From a plasmid, in sequence record NZ_OX291475.1: a stretch of DNA of 64,000 nt; one strand, given 5' to 3'. Of the stretch, positions 30,480 through 39,337 are shown in pieces (within the stretch, counting starts at the first letter, position 1; every line of letters begins with the position of its first letter). The translations under genes and the position numbers were made by a program. The notes under the pieces are model-generated. The model ran no database searches. It was not told the origin of the DNA and saw only the letters and a list, made by a program, of their open reading frames with translations.

Positions 30480-31035
30480 AACGTGCCCAGAATCCGCCCT
30501 ATCCGGCTTCTTTCTGGTGTATTCCCCTTCGGCTTTTTGCCGGCGCGGGGAGTCTGGCGCCGTGACACAAAGACCGGGACGGGGTATCAGCTGACAGAAC
30601 AAGGGCGGTGCCGCAGGCCGCAGCGCAAGCGAGTGAACGACCGGAGGGAAGGAAAGAGTGCGAACGGGTGAGGACACCGGCGAAGCGACCCCTTGTGCTG
30701 TCGGCGCCCCGGCCCAGCGTCTGTCACGGAGACAGTCTCCATGCGCTGCAGCCGCAGACTGGGGGAGACAGCGGAAAGAGCCAGGCCTTTAGCCTGGCAG
30801 CCTTAGCGACCGGCCGCATAGGCGGTCGGGCAGTGAAAGCGGCGCCGGCAATAAGCCGGCTGCAAGCGCCTTGCCTTGACCTTTAGCCATCAGACCCTAG
30901 CGATAGCCCGAAACCCGCAGGGGTTCGGCGGAGTCTGAGACGCCGGTAAACCGGCGGAACTGACGGAGTGGGGCTGACGACCCGGCACCGCCGGGGAGCC
31001 GAACGGGGGCCATAGCCCTTGATCTTCGAACATAA
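30480..31035. repeat. Structured repeat element R3
   Basis: It carries the family blocks accgggacggggtatcagctgac, gagtgcgaacgggtgagga, cagtgaaagcggcgccggcaataagccggctgcaagcg and the ggggccatagccc end block. Confidence 0.7.
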
Positions 31036-31136
31036 AGAGGATGTGAGCTAAAACAAAATCGACGCCAAACGCATCGCCCATGGCTCAGAAAATAAACGTC
31101 AGGGAGAAGATCCGGGCAGAACGCCCGGACAATAAT

Positions 31137-31643
31137 TCAATCAATTGCGCGAAAAATCAGCGCTCTCTCAGGGTGACTTATGATACTGACATAATCTTTT
31201 AGCGCATCCTGACGGTCGATAAGTCCCTGACAGGTCAACGCATATTCGCTTCCCATCTCGGAAACCTTCCAGGCAAGCTGATTCAATACAAACAGGGTCG
31301 CTATAATTCCAGCGGCATCGGCCGAGACCTCTGCATCGAAGTAGTTCCCCGGAATACTCAACCTGTACGAGCCCTCAGTCGGGGCAATGTAGCCCGTTGG
31401 CCGGGTTGTTATGATATCCGTCCACGGAGCAACATGGCCGCTGAGTCCGCGCGGAACCTCATAAAAAGCCCACATGCCCCCCTCGTAATTACTGTGTTTA
31501 TGCAGAAAGCTGATCGCCATACTCTCACCCAGCGGTGTCGCAAACAGCCTCGGAACAAAGGCCAAACGGCGTCGTGCATCGGTAACTTCGATTTTGGTCA
31601 CGGATCCCGCATCGGATTGGACGGTATTTACTGAGGTATTCAT
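31137..31643 (-). CDS. klcA: KlcA/ArdB-family antirestriction protein
   Basis: The 168-aa protein has the KlcA blocks FVPRLF..GE, GGMWAFYEV, NYFDAEVSADAAGIIATL and IFRAID. Confidence 0.75.
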   Translation of the reverse strand: MNTSVNTVQSDAGSVTKIEVTDARRRLAFVPRLFATPLGESMAISFLHKHSNYEGGMWAFYEVPRGLSGHVAPWTDIITTRPTGYIAPTEGSYRLSIPGNYFDAEVSADAAGIIATLFVLNQLAWKVSEMGSEYALTCQGLIDRQDALKDYVSIISHPERALIFRAID

Positions 31644-31654
31644 TGTTTCTCTCC

Positions 31655-31985
31655 GGCTTCTTTATGGTGCCCCTTTCCGCTATTTATGAGTGCGGGGAGC
31701 ACGTTGCTGTGACACCAGACAGCCCCGTTCCATCAGGGGCAGAAACAAGGGCGATACCGAGGCCGCAGCGCAAACCCCCGCCCCTCGGGAGGGGGTGCGA
31801 ACGGGGGAGGAAGCGGGCGTTAGCCTGTACCCTTGTTGATGAACCGGAACAGGGCAATGTCTGTCACAGCAAAAGTGATCACCGCCGACAGCACGTATAA
31901 CGAGGCTCAGAGTGAAGCCGTTGGCAACGGCTTTCCTTAGCGGCCGCCAATGGCGGCCAGTGAAAGCGATCTATCCTTCCGCCCG
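31655..31985. repeat. Structured repeat element R4 (shorter, degenerate copy)
   Basis: It has the blocks ttctttatggtg..cccctttcc, ccgcagcgcaaac, gtgcgaacggggg and cagtgaaagcg. It overlaps the 3' end of ORF 31879..32211. Confidence 0.55.
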
Positions 31986-32211
31986 CTTTGACGATATCAA
32001 TCGCGTGCTGGATAGCATCCCAGTTGATCCCAACATTGGCATCATGGTTGTCATGAACGATTTCCATCGCCGCCTCAATTTCGCAGGCAGTCAGCGCACC
32101 GTCTAACTCAAGAAAATCATCATCCAGCCAAAAACTGCCCACACACAAAGCGTCTTCGGGATAGCGTTTTAAACGGGTAATCAGCCCTGCAATCGTCATT
32201 CGTTCAAACAT
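31879..32211 (-). CDS. Hypothetical acidic protein (up to 110 aa). The 3' end is uncertain because it reads into R4.
   Basis: RBS AAGGAAA plus ATG. The first ~75 codons are coding-like. Confidence 0.35.
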   Translation of the reverse strand: MFERMTIAGLITRLKRYPEDALCVGSFWLDDDFLELDGALTACEIEAAMEIVHDNHDANVGINWDAIQHAIDIVKAGGRIDRFHWPPLAAAKESRCQRLHSEPRYTCCRR

Positions 32212-32264
32212 TGTGGTATTTCCTTTTGTGCCTAAAAGCGCCCCAAAGGGGCGAAACCGCCGTA

Positions 32265-32672
32265 TTACCCGCCGTAATTCGGGACGTTACCTAATACATA
32301 TTCCGGGCCAACAACCTCGGCGTAACCGTATTCATCACGCTCTTCTGACCATTCCAGATCGTCACTGGCACTGTCGATATATTCACCACACGCATAGACG
32401 TGATAACCGCAGAACCCCTCGCCTGCCTCACTGAACGTATGAATGACGTGACAGGAAAACTGTTTACTCAGCGCCCGGATATCGGCACATTCCGGAGGCG
32501 CCCAACGAGTATCAAAATCAATCTGCACAGTCCCTTCAAAGGCTGTCACATCAACATCGGCCTCGTTGAAAAAACTCACTTCTCCTTCGTCCCGGGCAAA
32601 ATCGGTCACGGCGGTCAGTTGATCTGGGTTTCCAGTCACGATAATTCGGTTTGCACACCAGTTAGGCATCAT
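32265..32672 (-). CDS. DUF1281-like leading-region protein (~136 aa)
   Basis: It resembles the small acidic Cys/His-containing proteins common in F/I-type leading regions. The ATG has RBS GGAGAA. The listed ORF extends into R5. Confidence 0.4.
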   Translation of the reverse strand: MMPNWCANRIIVTGNPDQLTAVTDFARDEGEVSFFNEADVDVTAFEGTVQIDFDTRWAPPECADIRALSKQFSCHVIHTFSEAGEGFCGYHVYACGEYIDSASDDLEWSEERDEYGYAEVVGPEYVLGNVPNYGG

Positions 32673-32689
32673 TCTTCTCCAGTCAGGTT

Positions 32690-33090
32690 GTCGGATATCG
32701 GCTTGCGCCGTAGCCAAAACACAGACGTGCGCAAAGCGGAGAATGCAGGGGCCGTACCGCAGGCCGCAGCGCAAATGACTGACCGCAGGGAGGGAGTGCG
32801 AACGGGAGAGGATACGGGCAACGCGAACCCTTGCAGGCGTAGCGGCACGGCTACGTTCGGGCTACGGCGTAAGCCCAGGCGACGCCATACCCTTTTGATC
32901 CCCGCCTGCAGGGCGGAAAAAGGGGAGAAAGCACGAAGGTTAATATCAGGGGATCGGTCGCGGCCGGTTCGAGGCCGGCAGTGACCGTTTGGGAGGAAAA
33001 AGGAAAATGACAATGCAGACGGGAGTGCGATGTTTCGGGGCCCCGGCTCTGCCGGGGATCCTTTTCGTGGCCAGCCCTGGCCACCATAAA
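32690..33090. repeat. Structured repeat element R5
   Basis: Blocks ccgcaggccgcagcgcaaatgactgaccgcagggagggagtgcgaacgggagagga plus downstream hairpins. Confidence 0.6.
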
Positions 33091-33097
33091 CCCTGTG

Positions 33098-33655
33098 CTA
33101 GTTCACGTCGATATTGACCAGTTGTTCCAGCACCTGCAGCAGCCTGGCACACGGATAACTTGACCAGACCGGCAACAACGTGGCCAGCGTAACAGCCTGG
33201 GCGGCCAGCATCAGCCGACGTGGCAAAAGCCCCTGCTCATAGTGCTTGACGGTCCGCAGCGAAACCCCCAGATAATCCGCGGTCTGTTTTTGCGTCCAAC
33301 CCAGCGAGCCCCGCCAGGCCTTCATACCTGCAGAAGGCATAACAAGCGATATCACGCCCCTGGACTGGGGTGTTGTCTGGTCATGGCGCGTTAGTGCCTG
33401 CAGTTGCAAAACAATTTGCGGTTGGTCCATCCGGAGCAAATCGGGGAGCAGGCGGATCAACATCAGTGTCTGGATCCCCAGACGAGCCGATCGGGACACG
33501 CCGCTATTTTCATAGGTTCGGTAAGTCCGTTCTGACACCCCCAGAGCCTGGGCAGCATCCTCTTGCCGCCAATGGCTACCAGGACGTAGCGAACGCGCCT
33601 CAGACAGCGTAAAGTATTGACCGGCACGCCATAATCTCAATTCAAAAACATCCAT
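33098..33655 (-). CDS. Transcriptional regulator with two XRE-type HTH domains
   Basis: There are two HTH segments (AQALGVSERTYRTYE and TADYLGVSLRTVKHYE). Confidence 0.55.
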   Translation of the reverse strand: MDVFELRLWRAGQYFTLSEARSLRPGSHWRQEDAAQALGVSERTYRTYENSGVSRSARLGIQTLMLIRLLPDLLRMDQPQIVLQLQALTRHDQTTPQSRGVISLVMPSAGMKAWRGSLGWTQKQTADYLGVSLRTVKHYEQGLLPRRLMLAAQAVTLATLLPVWSSYPCARLLQVLEQLVNIDVN

Positions 33656-33738
33656 GCATTGCCATCCCTTCTAAAAAACAGGCAATTTATGCACCCTGAA
33701 ACGCAATAACAAACACAGTAACCGGCAATAATTGCCCC

Positions 33739-34143
33739 TTAGAGCAATTTACCCAGTTTCTTACGCGCTTCACCAAGGGGAGCCAATTCGCTCGGCTGCT
33801 GAACAGGTTCGACCGGAACCACCGATCGACAATCATCACCGGACAACGCCGTAATCACGTCGCGGATCGCCGCCATTTCGGGTTTCCAGCCGGTTGTCTG
33901 GCCGACCAGGTTGACCAGCTGCTCGCTGGTCAACTGCCCGTTATACATCGTGGCCAACAACACCGGTAACCGTGGATCGAGCTGATGTAATGCCGCCGTT
34001 GTGATGATGGCATTACGCAGGAAATCCCCGCGTACTCGCTGCGAAATAGATTCAACCACATCCAGGGCATGGCGGTCAGCTTCGCAGTCCAGCTGCAAAT
34101 AGCTGGTAAATTTACGGCGGGTCTCACTGCTGTTATCGCTCAC
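33739..34143 (-). CDS. parR: ParR/StbB-like centromere-binding protein
   Basis: This small gene lies immediately downstream of parM. The GTG start has RBS AAGAGGG and overlaps the parM stop. Confidence 0.55.
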   Translation of the reverse strand: MSDNSSETRRKFTSYLQLDCEADRHALDVVESISQRVRGDFLRNAIITTAALHQLDPRLPVLLATMYNGQLTSEQLVNLVGQTTGWKPEMAAIRDVITALSGDDCRSVVPVEPVQQPSELAPLGEARKKLGKLL

Positions 34144-34145
34144 GG

Positions 34146-35120
34146 TTATCCCTCTTGTTTATACAATGCCATTTCACTCGCCAGCGCCATTTGTGGGCTT
34201 TCGACCAACGTTATACGCTCTGCCGGCAGTTTCCAGGCTTTTCTTACCGCAGATTCTATCAGCGGAGCGCCCCCACCGACCAGCCAAACCCGGTTAACGT
34301 GGCGGAATCGCGCCAGTTCGTTCACCACACGATCGCCAAGTCGGGTGATGCCGTGCTCTATCGCTGCGATAACGTCATCAACCCGGGACGCATCATTAAC
34401 CAGCTGCGACAAAAAGGCGCGATCATGGCGGCGCTGGATCACCGTATCAGCAACATAGGCGCTCGTATCGCTGTCCGCCATACGCAGCGCCGTCAACGTG
34501 GCCTGCGTCACCATCGAAACACCAATCGTTGGATTGCCGTGGATTGCCGTCACATCGTCGAACTGCCCGACAATGACTCCGGCATCGAGCGTCGTGCCGC
34601 CCAAATCGATAACCAGGGACGTTTCCAGCGGCCCGACATTCTCCCGCACCAGGGGAGAAAACACTGCAGGCAGGGATTCAGGCATCACTTCAACAGCCTC
34701 CACGGTAAAGGCCTCCCCCTTGTTCAACGTCACAGGTCGAAGCAGGTTGTCGATTTTTCGCTGAATATTAACCGTGTTTTTCTGACAGTCTTCGGTATAA
34801 AACTCACTGATCGGCAATGTGACGGTCAGCTTAACCGCTTGCGGCTCCACACCACTGTTTAGCAAGGCATGATGCACAGCCAGGAGGTTGGTATCACCGT
34901 ACTGATACTCAATGTTGGTCGTGCTGATCGCCTGTTGGCTGACATCGTCAAAGGTGTACTTCACGCCATCAACGAGATAGTTGAACGTGCGACGGCTGCC
35001 GATACCATCGATTTTCCATCCCTGACGGAAAGAATTGGGTGACAAGGTCGTGCGTAAATCCCCCTCCACATACCAGGCCAGTTTCACATTGGTAGAACCA
35101 TCATCACAGCAAATATGCAT
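34146..35120 (-). CDS. parM: ParM/StbA actin-like plasmid segregation ATPase
   Basis: It is collinear with R1 ParM over the full length (DDGSTNVKL, NLLAVHHALLNSG, VIDLGGTTLD, VWLVGGGA). Confidence 0.85.
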   Translation of the reverse strand: MHICCDDGSTNVKLAWYVEGDLRTTLSPNSFRQGWKIDGIGSRRTFNYLVDGVKYTFDDVSQQAISTTNIEYQYGDTNLLAVHHALLNSGVEPQAVKLTVTLPISEFYTEDCQKNTVNIQRKIDNLLRPVTLNKGEAFTVEAVEVMPESLPAVFSPLVRENVGPLETSLVIDLGGTTLDAGVIVGQFDDVTAIHGNPTIGVSMVTQATLTALRMADSDTSAYVADTVIQRRHDRAFLSQLVNDASRVDDVIAAIEHGITRLGDRVVNELARFRHVNRVWLVGGGAPLIESAVRKAWKLPAERITLVESPQMALASEMALYKQEG

Positions 35121-35124
35121 TTCA

Positions 35125-35330
35125 CACCCCTTTAGTTACTCAATTTGAGTATCATTATAAGAAAAACATAACCCACATCAAGATAAAGTTACTCATATTG
35201 AGTAAATAAAAGAACTCAATATGAGTTTTTATGTATTCACCCGCATCGTTACGCATCAAACTGAGTTACTTTATGATTGAAGAGCCCCCTACTGGCTCCA
35301 TTGATACTCAGCATGAGTATCAATGGAGCT
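35125..35330. repeat. parC: parC-like centromere/operator iterons upstream of parM
   Basis: There are at least five copies of a 12-14 bp motif related to ACTCAATATGAGT (tactcaatttgagta, ttactcatattgagtaa, aactcaatatgagtt, tgatactcagcatgagtatca). Confidence 0.55.
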
Positions 35331-35375
35331 TTGTCGCGCCGCGGTACTTTCATGAACGCGAACCAGGCGACACTT

Positions 35376-35747
35376 TTAACCCACCGACGTCATACAGAAC
35401 TCGGTTTGTGTAATGAGAAATTCGAGATGACCTTGTTTCTCGAGCAGGTGGTCAAAGGTCGGATCGTCCGACGGGAGGCGCTCCATAAAGTCGTCCCCAC
35501 CACATAACCGGCAGGCGTCCTCAAACACGTCACCACTGTCACGGATCGTCGGATCCAACCCTTCCGCATAGGCCAGTAACCGCTTTCCTTTGGTACGCGC
35601 TGCCGCCATCAAATACACCCCTTCATCTTTGACCAGCAGCACATCACACCCCTGTTGGCGTGCATGTGTGATCACCTCAAATGTCTTTTTACCTTTGAAA
35701 CAAATCTTGTTATTCATAGTGATATCCAATTTTTTAGCAGACGACAT
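35376..35747 (-). CDS. Hypothetical protein (123 aa)
   Basis: RBS AGGG plus ATG. Coding-like. Confidence 0.4.
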   Translation of the reverse strand: MSSAKKLDITMNNKICFKGKKTFEVITHARQQGCDVLLVKDEGVYLMAAARTKGKRLLAYAEGLDPTIRDSGDVFEDACRLCGGDDFMERLPSDDPTFDHLLEKQGHLEFLITQTEFCMTSVG

Positions 35748-35762
35748 TCATCGCCCTGATGA

Positions 35763-36257
35763 TTATTTGTAGACTTCGGCGATGACGGTCGTCAGTGCAT
35801 TCGGGTTCGACAACGGCTCCAGACGGGCACTCAGCAGGACCAGTTCTGTCGCCAGTAATCGGGCCGAAACGCTGAAATGTTGATCATGCTGCTTGCGACT
35901 ATTGATGTAGGTCAGAAGTGCGAATGCAGCATCCGGGTGACTTGCCTCCATCGCGGTAAACCCGGTGGTTTCCGCGTCAAAGTGCCCCATCGCTGTCAGT
36001 AATACTGCCTGTCGCCATAACGGAAAATCGTCATAGACACCGGCGGTGTGCAGGTGTTGCCCAAGGTGGTAGAGATCGGCCATCAAATCGGTGAAAACCG
36101 TGGTGACATCGCGATCATCGCCCGGGCATCGTTCCAGAAACGCCAATACGGCTTCCGCCGCCCCGGAGACGCGGACCAAAGCGGCCTCATCCTGCAGCGC
36201 ACTGTTCGTCTGGTTGCTGGCCAGTTCAGCCAGAACCTCTTTCAATGATTTCGTCAT
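35763..36257 (-). CDS. Hypothetical leading-region protein (164 aa)
   Basis: The true ATG is at 36257 with RBS GGGAGGG. The listed ORF adds 51 codons from repeat R6. Confidence 0.5.
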   Translation of the reverse strand: MTKSLKEVLAELASNQTNSALQDEAALVRVSGAAEAVLAFLERCPGDDRDVTTVFTDLMADLYHLGQHLHTAGVYDDFPLWRQAVLLTAMGHFDAETTGFTAMEASHPDAAFALLTYINSRKQHDQHFSVSARLLATELVLLSARLEPLSNPNALTTVIAEVYK

Positions 36258-36262
36258 AAACC

Positions 36263-36716
36263 CTCCCGTTTCGACTTCTTTCTGGTGTATACCCCTTTTG
36301 GCTTTTTGCCGGCGCGGGGTGACTGGCGCCGTGACAACTTGACCGGGACGGGGTATCAGCTGACGATGCAAGGGCGGGACCGCAAGCCGCACGCGCAAGC
36401 GAACGACCAACGGGAGAGAGTGCGAACGGGTGAGGATGCCGGCGAAGCGAACCCTTGTAACGGCAGCGCCCCGGCCCAGGGTCAGTCACGGGGACGGACG
36501 CCTTGCGCGTAGCCAGGGCTAAGGGGATACACCAGAAAGGGCCAGGCTTTTGCCTGGCGGCATCAGCGAACGACCGCACAAGCGGTCGGGCAGTGAAAGC
36601 GGCGCCGGCGATTAGCCGGCTGCAAGCGTTGGGTGCATTGGTTCCTGCCGGCTCAACGCCGGTTGGAACCAACAGGGCAGCAAAAACAGACAGAAAAGGG
36701 GCCATGCCCCCTTCCC
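36263..36716. repeat. Structured repeat element R6 (near-identical copy of R2)
   Basis: 36272-36706 match 25690-26124 with a single mismatch. Confidence 0.8.
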
Positions 36717-36717
36717 C

Positions 36718-37488
36718 TTAAACAGCGTGGAATAACGTCTTGAATTTCGTGACCATATCAACCATACGAAGTCTTTCGCTCCAGTCGTTGGCGTAATAAA
36801 TCGGGGTATGCCTGACCCGGGACATTTTCATCGTCAATGTATTTCCGGTATAGACCGAGGCCGGTAATCCCAATAGCGCAAGCTGGATAAAACACATATC
36901 CGCAGCCAAGGGATCGATATCTGTACAACGGATGTAGAGCACTTGTTGCGGGTTATACCCTTTAGAGAGCAGGTGTTCAGCAACGGCGATCACCATGCCG
37001 CCCGAACCACTGGCAGGTTCATCCAACGTGATAAACGGGCGATGCTCCAGCTCTTTAACATGGTCGCCAAGTGTCAGGGCGGCAATGAGTCGTGATACTT
37101 CACATGGCGTGAAAAATTGCCCCATCGATGACGAGCCAAATTCAAGCTCCATAAATATCCCGCCCAACAGGTCATCCATTCCCCCTTCCATCGCGCCGAT
37201 TAAGAAACAAAAAAGTTGCTGCATCCTCTGCAGATCAACAGCCTCGTATCGCTTACAAATCTGAACAGCTTCTTCCCTGCCCTCCTCTGACCGTACTCGC
37301 GCCAAATCGAGTTCGTTAGCCGCCAGGCGAATGAAGTCGCGGAAAACATCGAGACGACGGTGATAGGTCGCGATAACAGAGAACGTTTTGATGAATTGCT
37401 TCCTGGCTTCGCGTGGCGTCATATGCGGCGCACATTGAGCCGGGGTTTCAGGGGCTAACAGTGCATCGAAGGAAAGTTGGTTGCTCAT
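36718..37488 (-). CDS. HsdM-like (gamma-class) DNA methyltransferase-like protein; possibly an orphan or degenerate MTase
   Basis: It has motif X FFTPCEV and motif I LDEPASGSGGM. No clear (D/N)PP(Y/F) motif IV was found. RBS GGGAGA. Confidence 0.55.
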   Translation of the reverse strand: MSNQLSFDALLAPETPAQCAPHMTPREARKQFIKTFSVIATYHRRLDVFRDFIRLAANELDLARVRSEEGREEAVQICKRYEAVDLQRMQQLFCFLIGAMEGGMDDLLGGIFMELEFGSSSMGQFFTPCEVSRLIAALTLGDHVKELEHRPFITLDEPASGSGGMVIAVAEHLLSKGYNPQQVLYIRCTDIDPLAADMCFIQLALLGLPASVYTGNTLTMKMSRVRHTPIYYANDWSERLRMVDMVTKFKTLFHAV

Positions 37489-37499
37489 GGTGTGTCTCC

Positions 37500-37730
37500 C
37501 TTGGGAGGCAAGAACTCATTTTCTCGCCATGGCGCAAAAAAAAGACTCGCCAGTCAGGGATGTGGCAGGTACGACGGCCGAAGCCGCATGCGCAAACGAG
37601 TGGAACAACGTGAAAGGAGTGCGAACGGGTGACGCCGACGGCGCCAGCGAATACTTGCCACAGACCAGCGCGAGGCTAGGTTAAGCGCGGCGAAACATGA
37701 GATCTCGCGCACCATCAGACAACAATCAAA
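37500..37730. repeat. Structured repeat element R7 (short copy)
   Basis: Blocks gccgcatgcgcaaacga and gagtgcgaacgggtgacgcc. Confidence 0.5.
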
Positions 37731-37848
37731 GTAATATCATTTTAATATCATTACAGTCTCATAAAACAGGCTTGACACACAAACCCAAAAGACTATTATT
37801 TAAACCTCATTTCACTATCAAAGTAATATTAAAAAAAGGTAGAAACGA
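37715..37848. repeat. Partition-site/operator repeats upstream of parA
   Basis: The motifs tatcaaagtaatat and atcattttaatat occur here. They recur at 38505-38540, 38822-38860 and 39395-39440. Confidence 0.45.
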
Positions 37849-37849
37849 T

Positions 37850-38494
37850 ATGATTATAACAGTAGGTAACACCAAGGGCGGGGTAGGCAAAACCACTTTG
37901 GCAGTAAACATCGCTGCAGCACGAGCACAACAGGGTCGAGATGTATTATTGATAGATGGGGATCGACAAGGCACGGCTCAAATCGCTGTTGGTATAAGGG
38001 CAAATGATGATTCTCTGCCAGGCATCGCCTGTGTGTCTTATCCCGAAGGACCGATCCTTCGTACTCAAGTGCTCCAGCAAAAGATGAAATATGATGACAT
38101 CATCATTGACGCAGGCGGCAGAGACTCCACAGCGTTACGTGCTGCTTTAGTGCTATCCGATGCACTGTTGGTTCCATACCGCCCTGGAAGCTTCGATGTT
38201 TGGGCTCTTGAAGACATATCTGCACTTATCAAGGAAGCGCGGAGTGTGAGAGATGGGTTGAACGTTTTCGCTATTATCAACGCTGCTGACTCCAATCCAC
38301 ACTCGATTGATAATCGAGAGGCTGCAGAAGTGATTGCAGACTTCCCAGAACTGACACTAATCCCCAAACATATTGTGGCGCGTAAAGCGTGGTCGAATGG
38401 GGCAGCATCAGGGAAATGTACGCTTGAAATGAAACCAAGAGATCCCAAAGCTGACGCTGATCTGGAAAGATTAATTTCAATCTTATTTTCATAG
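37850..38494 (+). CDS. parA: ParA/ParF-type partition ATPase (small type Ib)
   Basis: Deviant Walker A motif [11 protein letters not shown]. Length is 214 aa. Confidence 0.8.
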   Translation: MIITVGNTKGGVGKTTLAVNIAAARAQQGRDVLLIDGDRQGTAQIAVGIRANDDSLPGIACVSYPEGPILRTQVLQQKMKYDDIIIDAGGRDSTALRAALVLSDALLVPYRPGSFDVWALEDISALIKEARSVRDGLNVFAIINAADSNPHSIDNREAAEVIADFPELTLIPKHIVARKAWSNGAASGKCTLEMKPRDPKADADLERLISILFS

Positions 38495-38552
38495 TCATTT
38501 AACACTATTTGAATATCAAAGTAATATTAATAAACGATTAAAGAGGTAATAA

Positions 38553-38825
38553 ATGGCTATTGTAAGACCCACGAAAAAACACACTACCCCTGCTGAAGAC
38601 AGCGCAGCAGAAGCCTTTATAAATTCGGCTCCAGATGGCGCGGCAACGCGAAGAAAGGGCGTAGTAAAGGGCAAACGCCAACAGATCACGTTAACGATAG
38701 ATCCTGAGATTTTGGACCGGCTCGATGTAAAAGCCGCTGAAGATGGCGTGTCTCGGGCTGCGCTCATCAACATCGCAATTCGCCAGCTATTGAACCGAGG
38801 AGCCACAGTTGGAGGCGGGAGTTAA
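38553..38825 (+). CDS. ParG-like RHH centromere-binding protein
   Basis: This 90-aa protein lies downstream of parA and has a C-terminal RHH-like segment (ITLTIDPEILDRLDVKAAEDGVSRAALINIAIRQLL). Confidence 0.55.
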   Translation: MAIVRPTKKHTTPAEDSAAEAFINSAPDGAATRRKGVVKGKRQQITLTIDPEILDRLDVKAAEDGVSRAALINIAIRQLLNRGATVGGGS

Positions 38826-38905
38826 TTAACTATCATTTTAATATTAAAACACTATGAAAACAGGGTTGTTTGAATTGCATTTTGGATGGTAATTGAGAGG
38901 AATAA
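38822..38905. repeat. Second array of the par-type repeats
   Basis: The motif atcattttaatattaaa lies between parG and the 142-aa gene. Confidence 0.4.
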
Positions 38906-38908
38906 CCA

Positions 38909-39337
38909 ATGATACAAGAAGTTATGGAAAAAATCATTGCCCTGGCCGATTACCAAAATATGATTAGCCCTGGGAGCCACCCAGCAAAGGGGCAATTCGT
39001 TGTCACCGGCACAACCCGCGGCGATAACGCAATACGTTTGGGTTATTGCATTCAGGTTCGAAAAGGCCGCGGTCAATTCGGCTCTGACATGGTTTTTCTG
39101 CGCCATCCGGACGGGACAATAAACACACATGAGAATCAGTTCTATCTCAGCATGACAGACGTACAAATTCAGCTTGCTCGTTCGGTCTTCAGCATCATGC
39201 CAGAAGACGAAGATGACTCACGGGGCTATTGCTGCTGCGGAAAAATCCGCGAATTCGGGTTCGTTGTCGAAAACTCAGGGACAGTTCCAACACCAGACCA
39301 CCCGTTTATGATAACGGTCTCTAGTGAAAAAGCTTAA
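38909..39337 (+). CDS. Hypothetical protein (142 aa) bracketed by par-type repeats
   Basis: RBS GAGAGG plus ATG. Confidence 0.45.
   Translation: MIQEVMEKIIALADYQNMISPGSHPAKGQFVVTGTTRGDNAIRLGYCIQVRKGRGQFGSDMVFLRHPDGTINTHENQFYLSMTDVQIQLARSVFSIMPEDEDDSRGYCCCGKIREFGFVVENSGTVPTPDHPFMITVSSEKA

Noticed and set aside
28419-30677. N-terminal extensions of the listed ORFs for the ParB-like gene (752 aa), the DUF932 gene (319 aa), the 164-aa gene (215 aa) and the DUF1281-like gene (169 aa).
   Set aside because: The extra codons read straight through the upstream repeat elements, which are open in GC-rich sequence. Each gene has an internal ATG with a good Shine-Dalgarno exactly at the repeat boundary.
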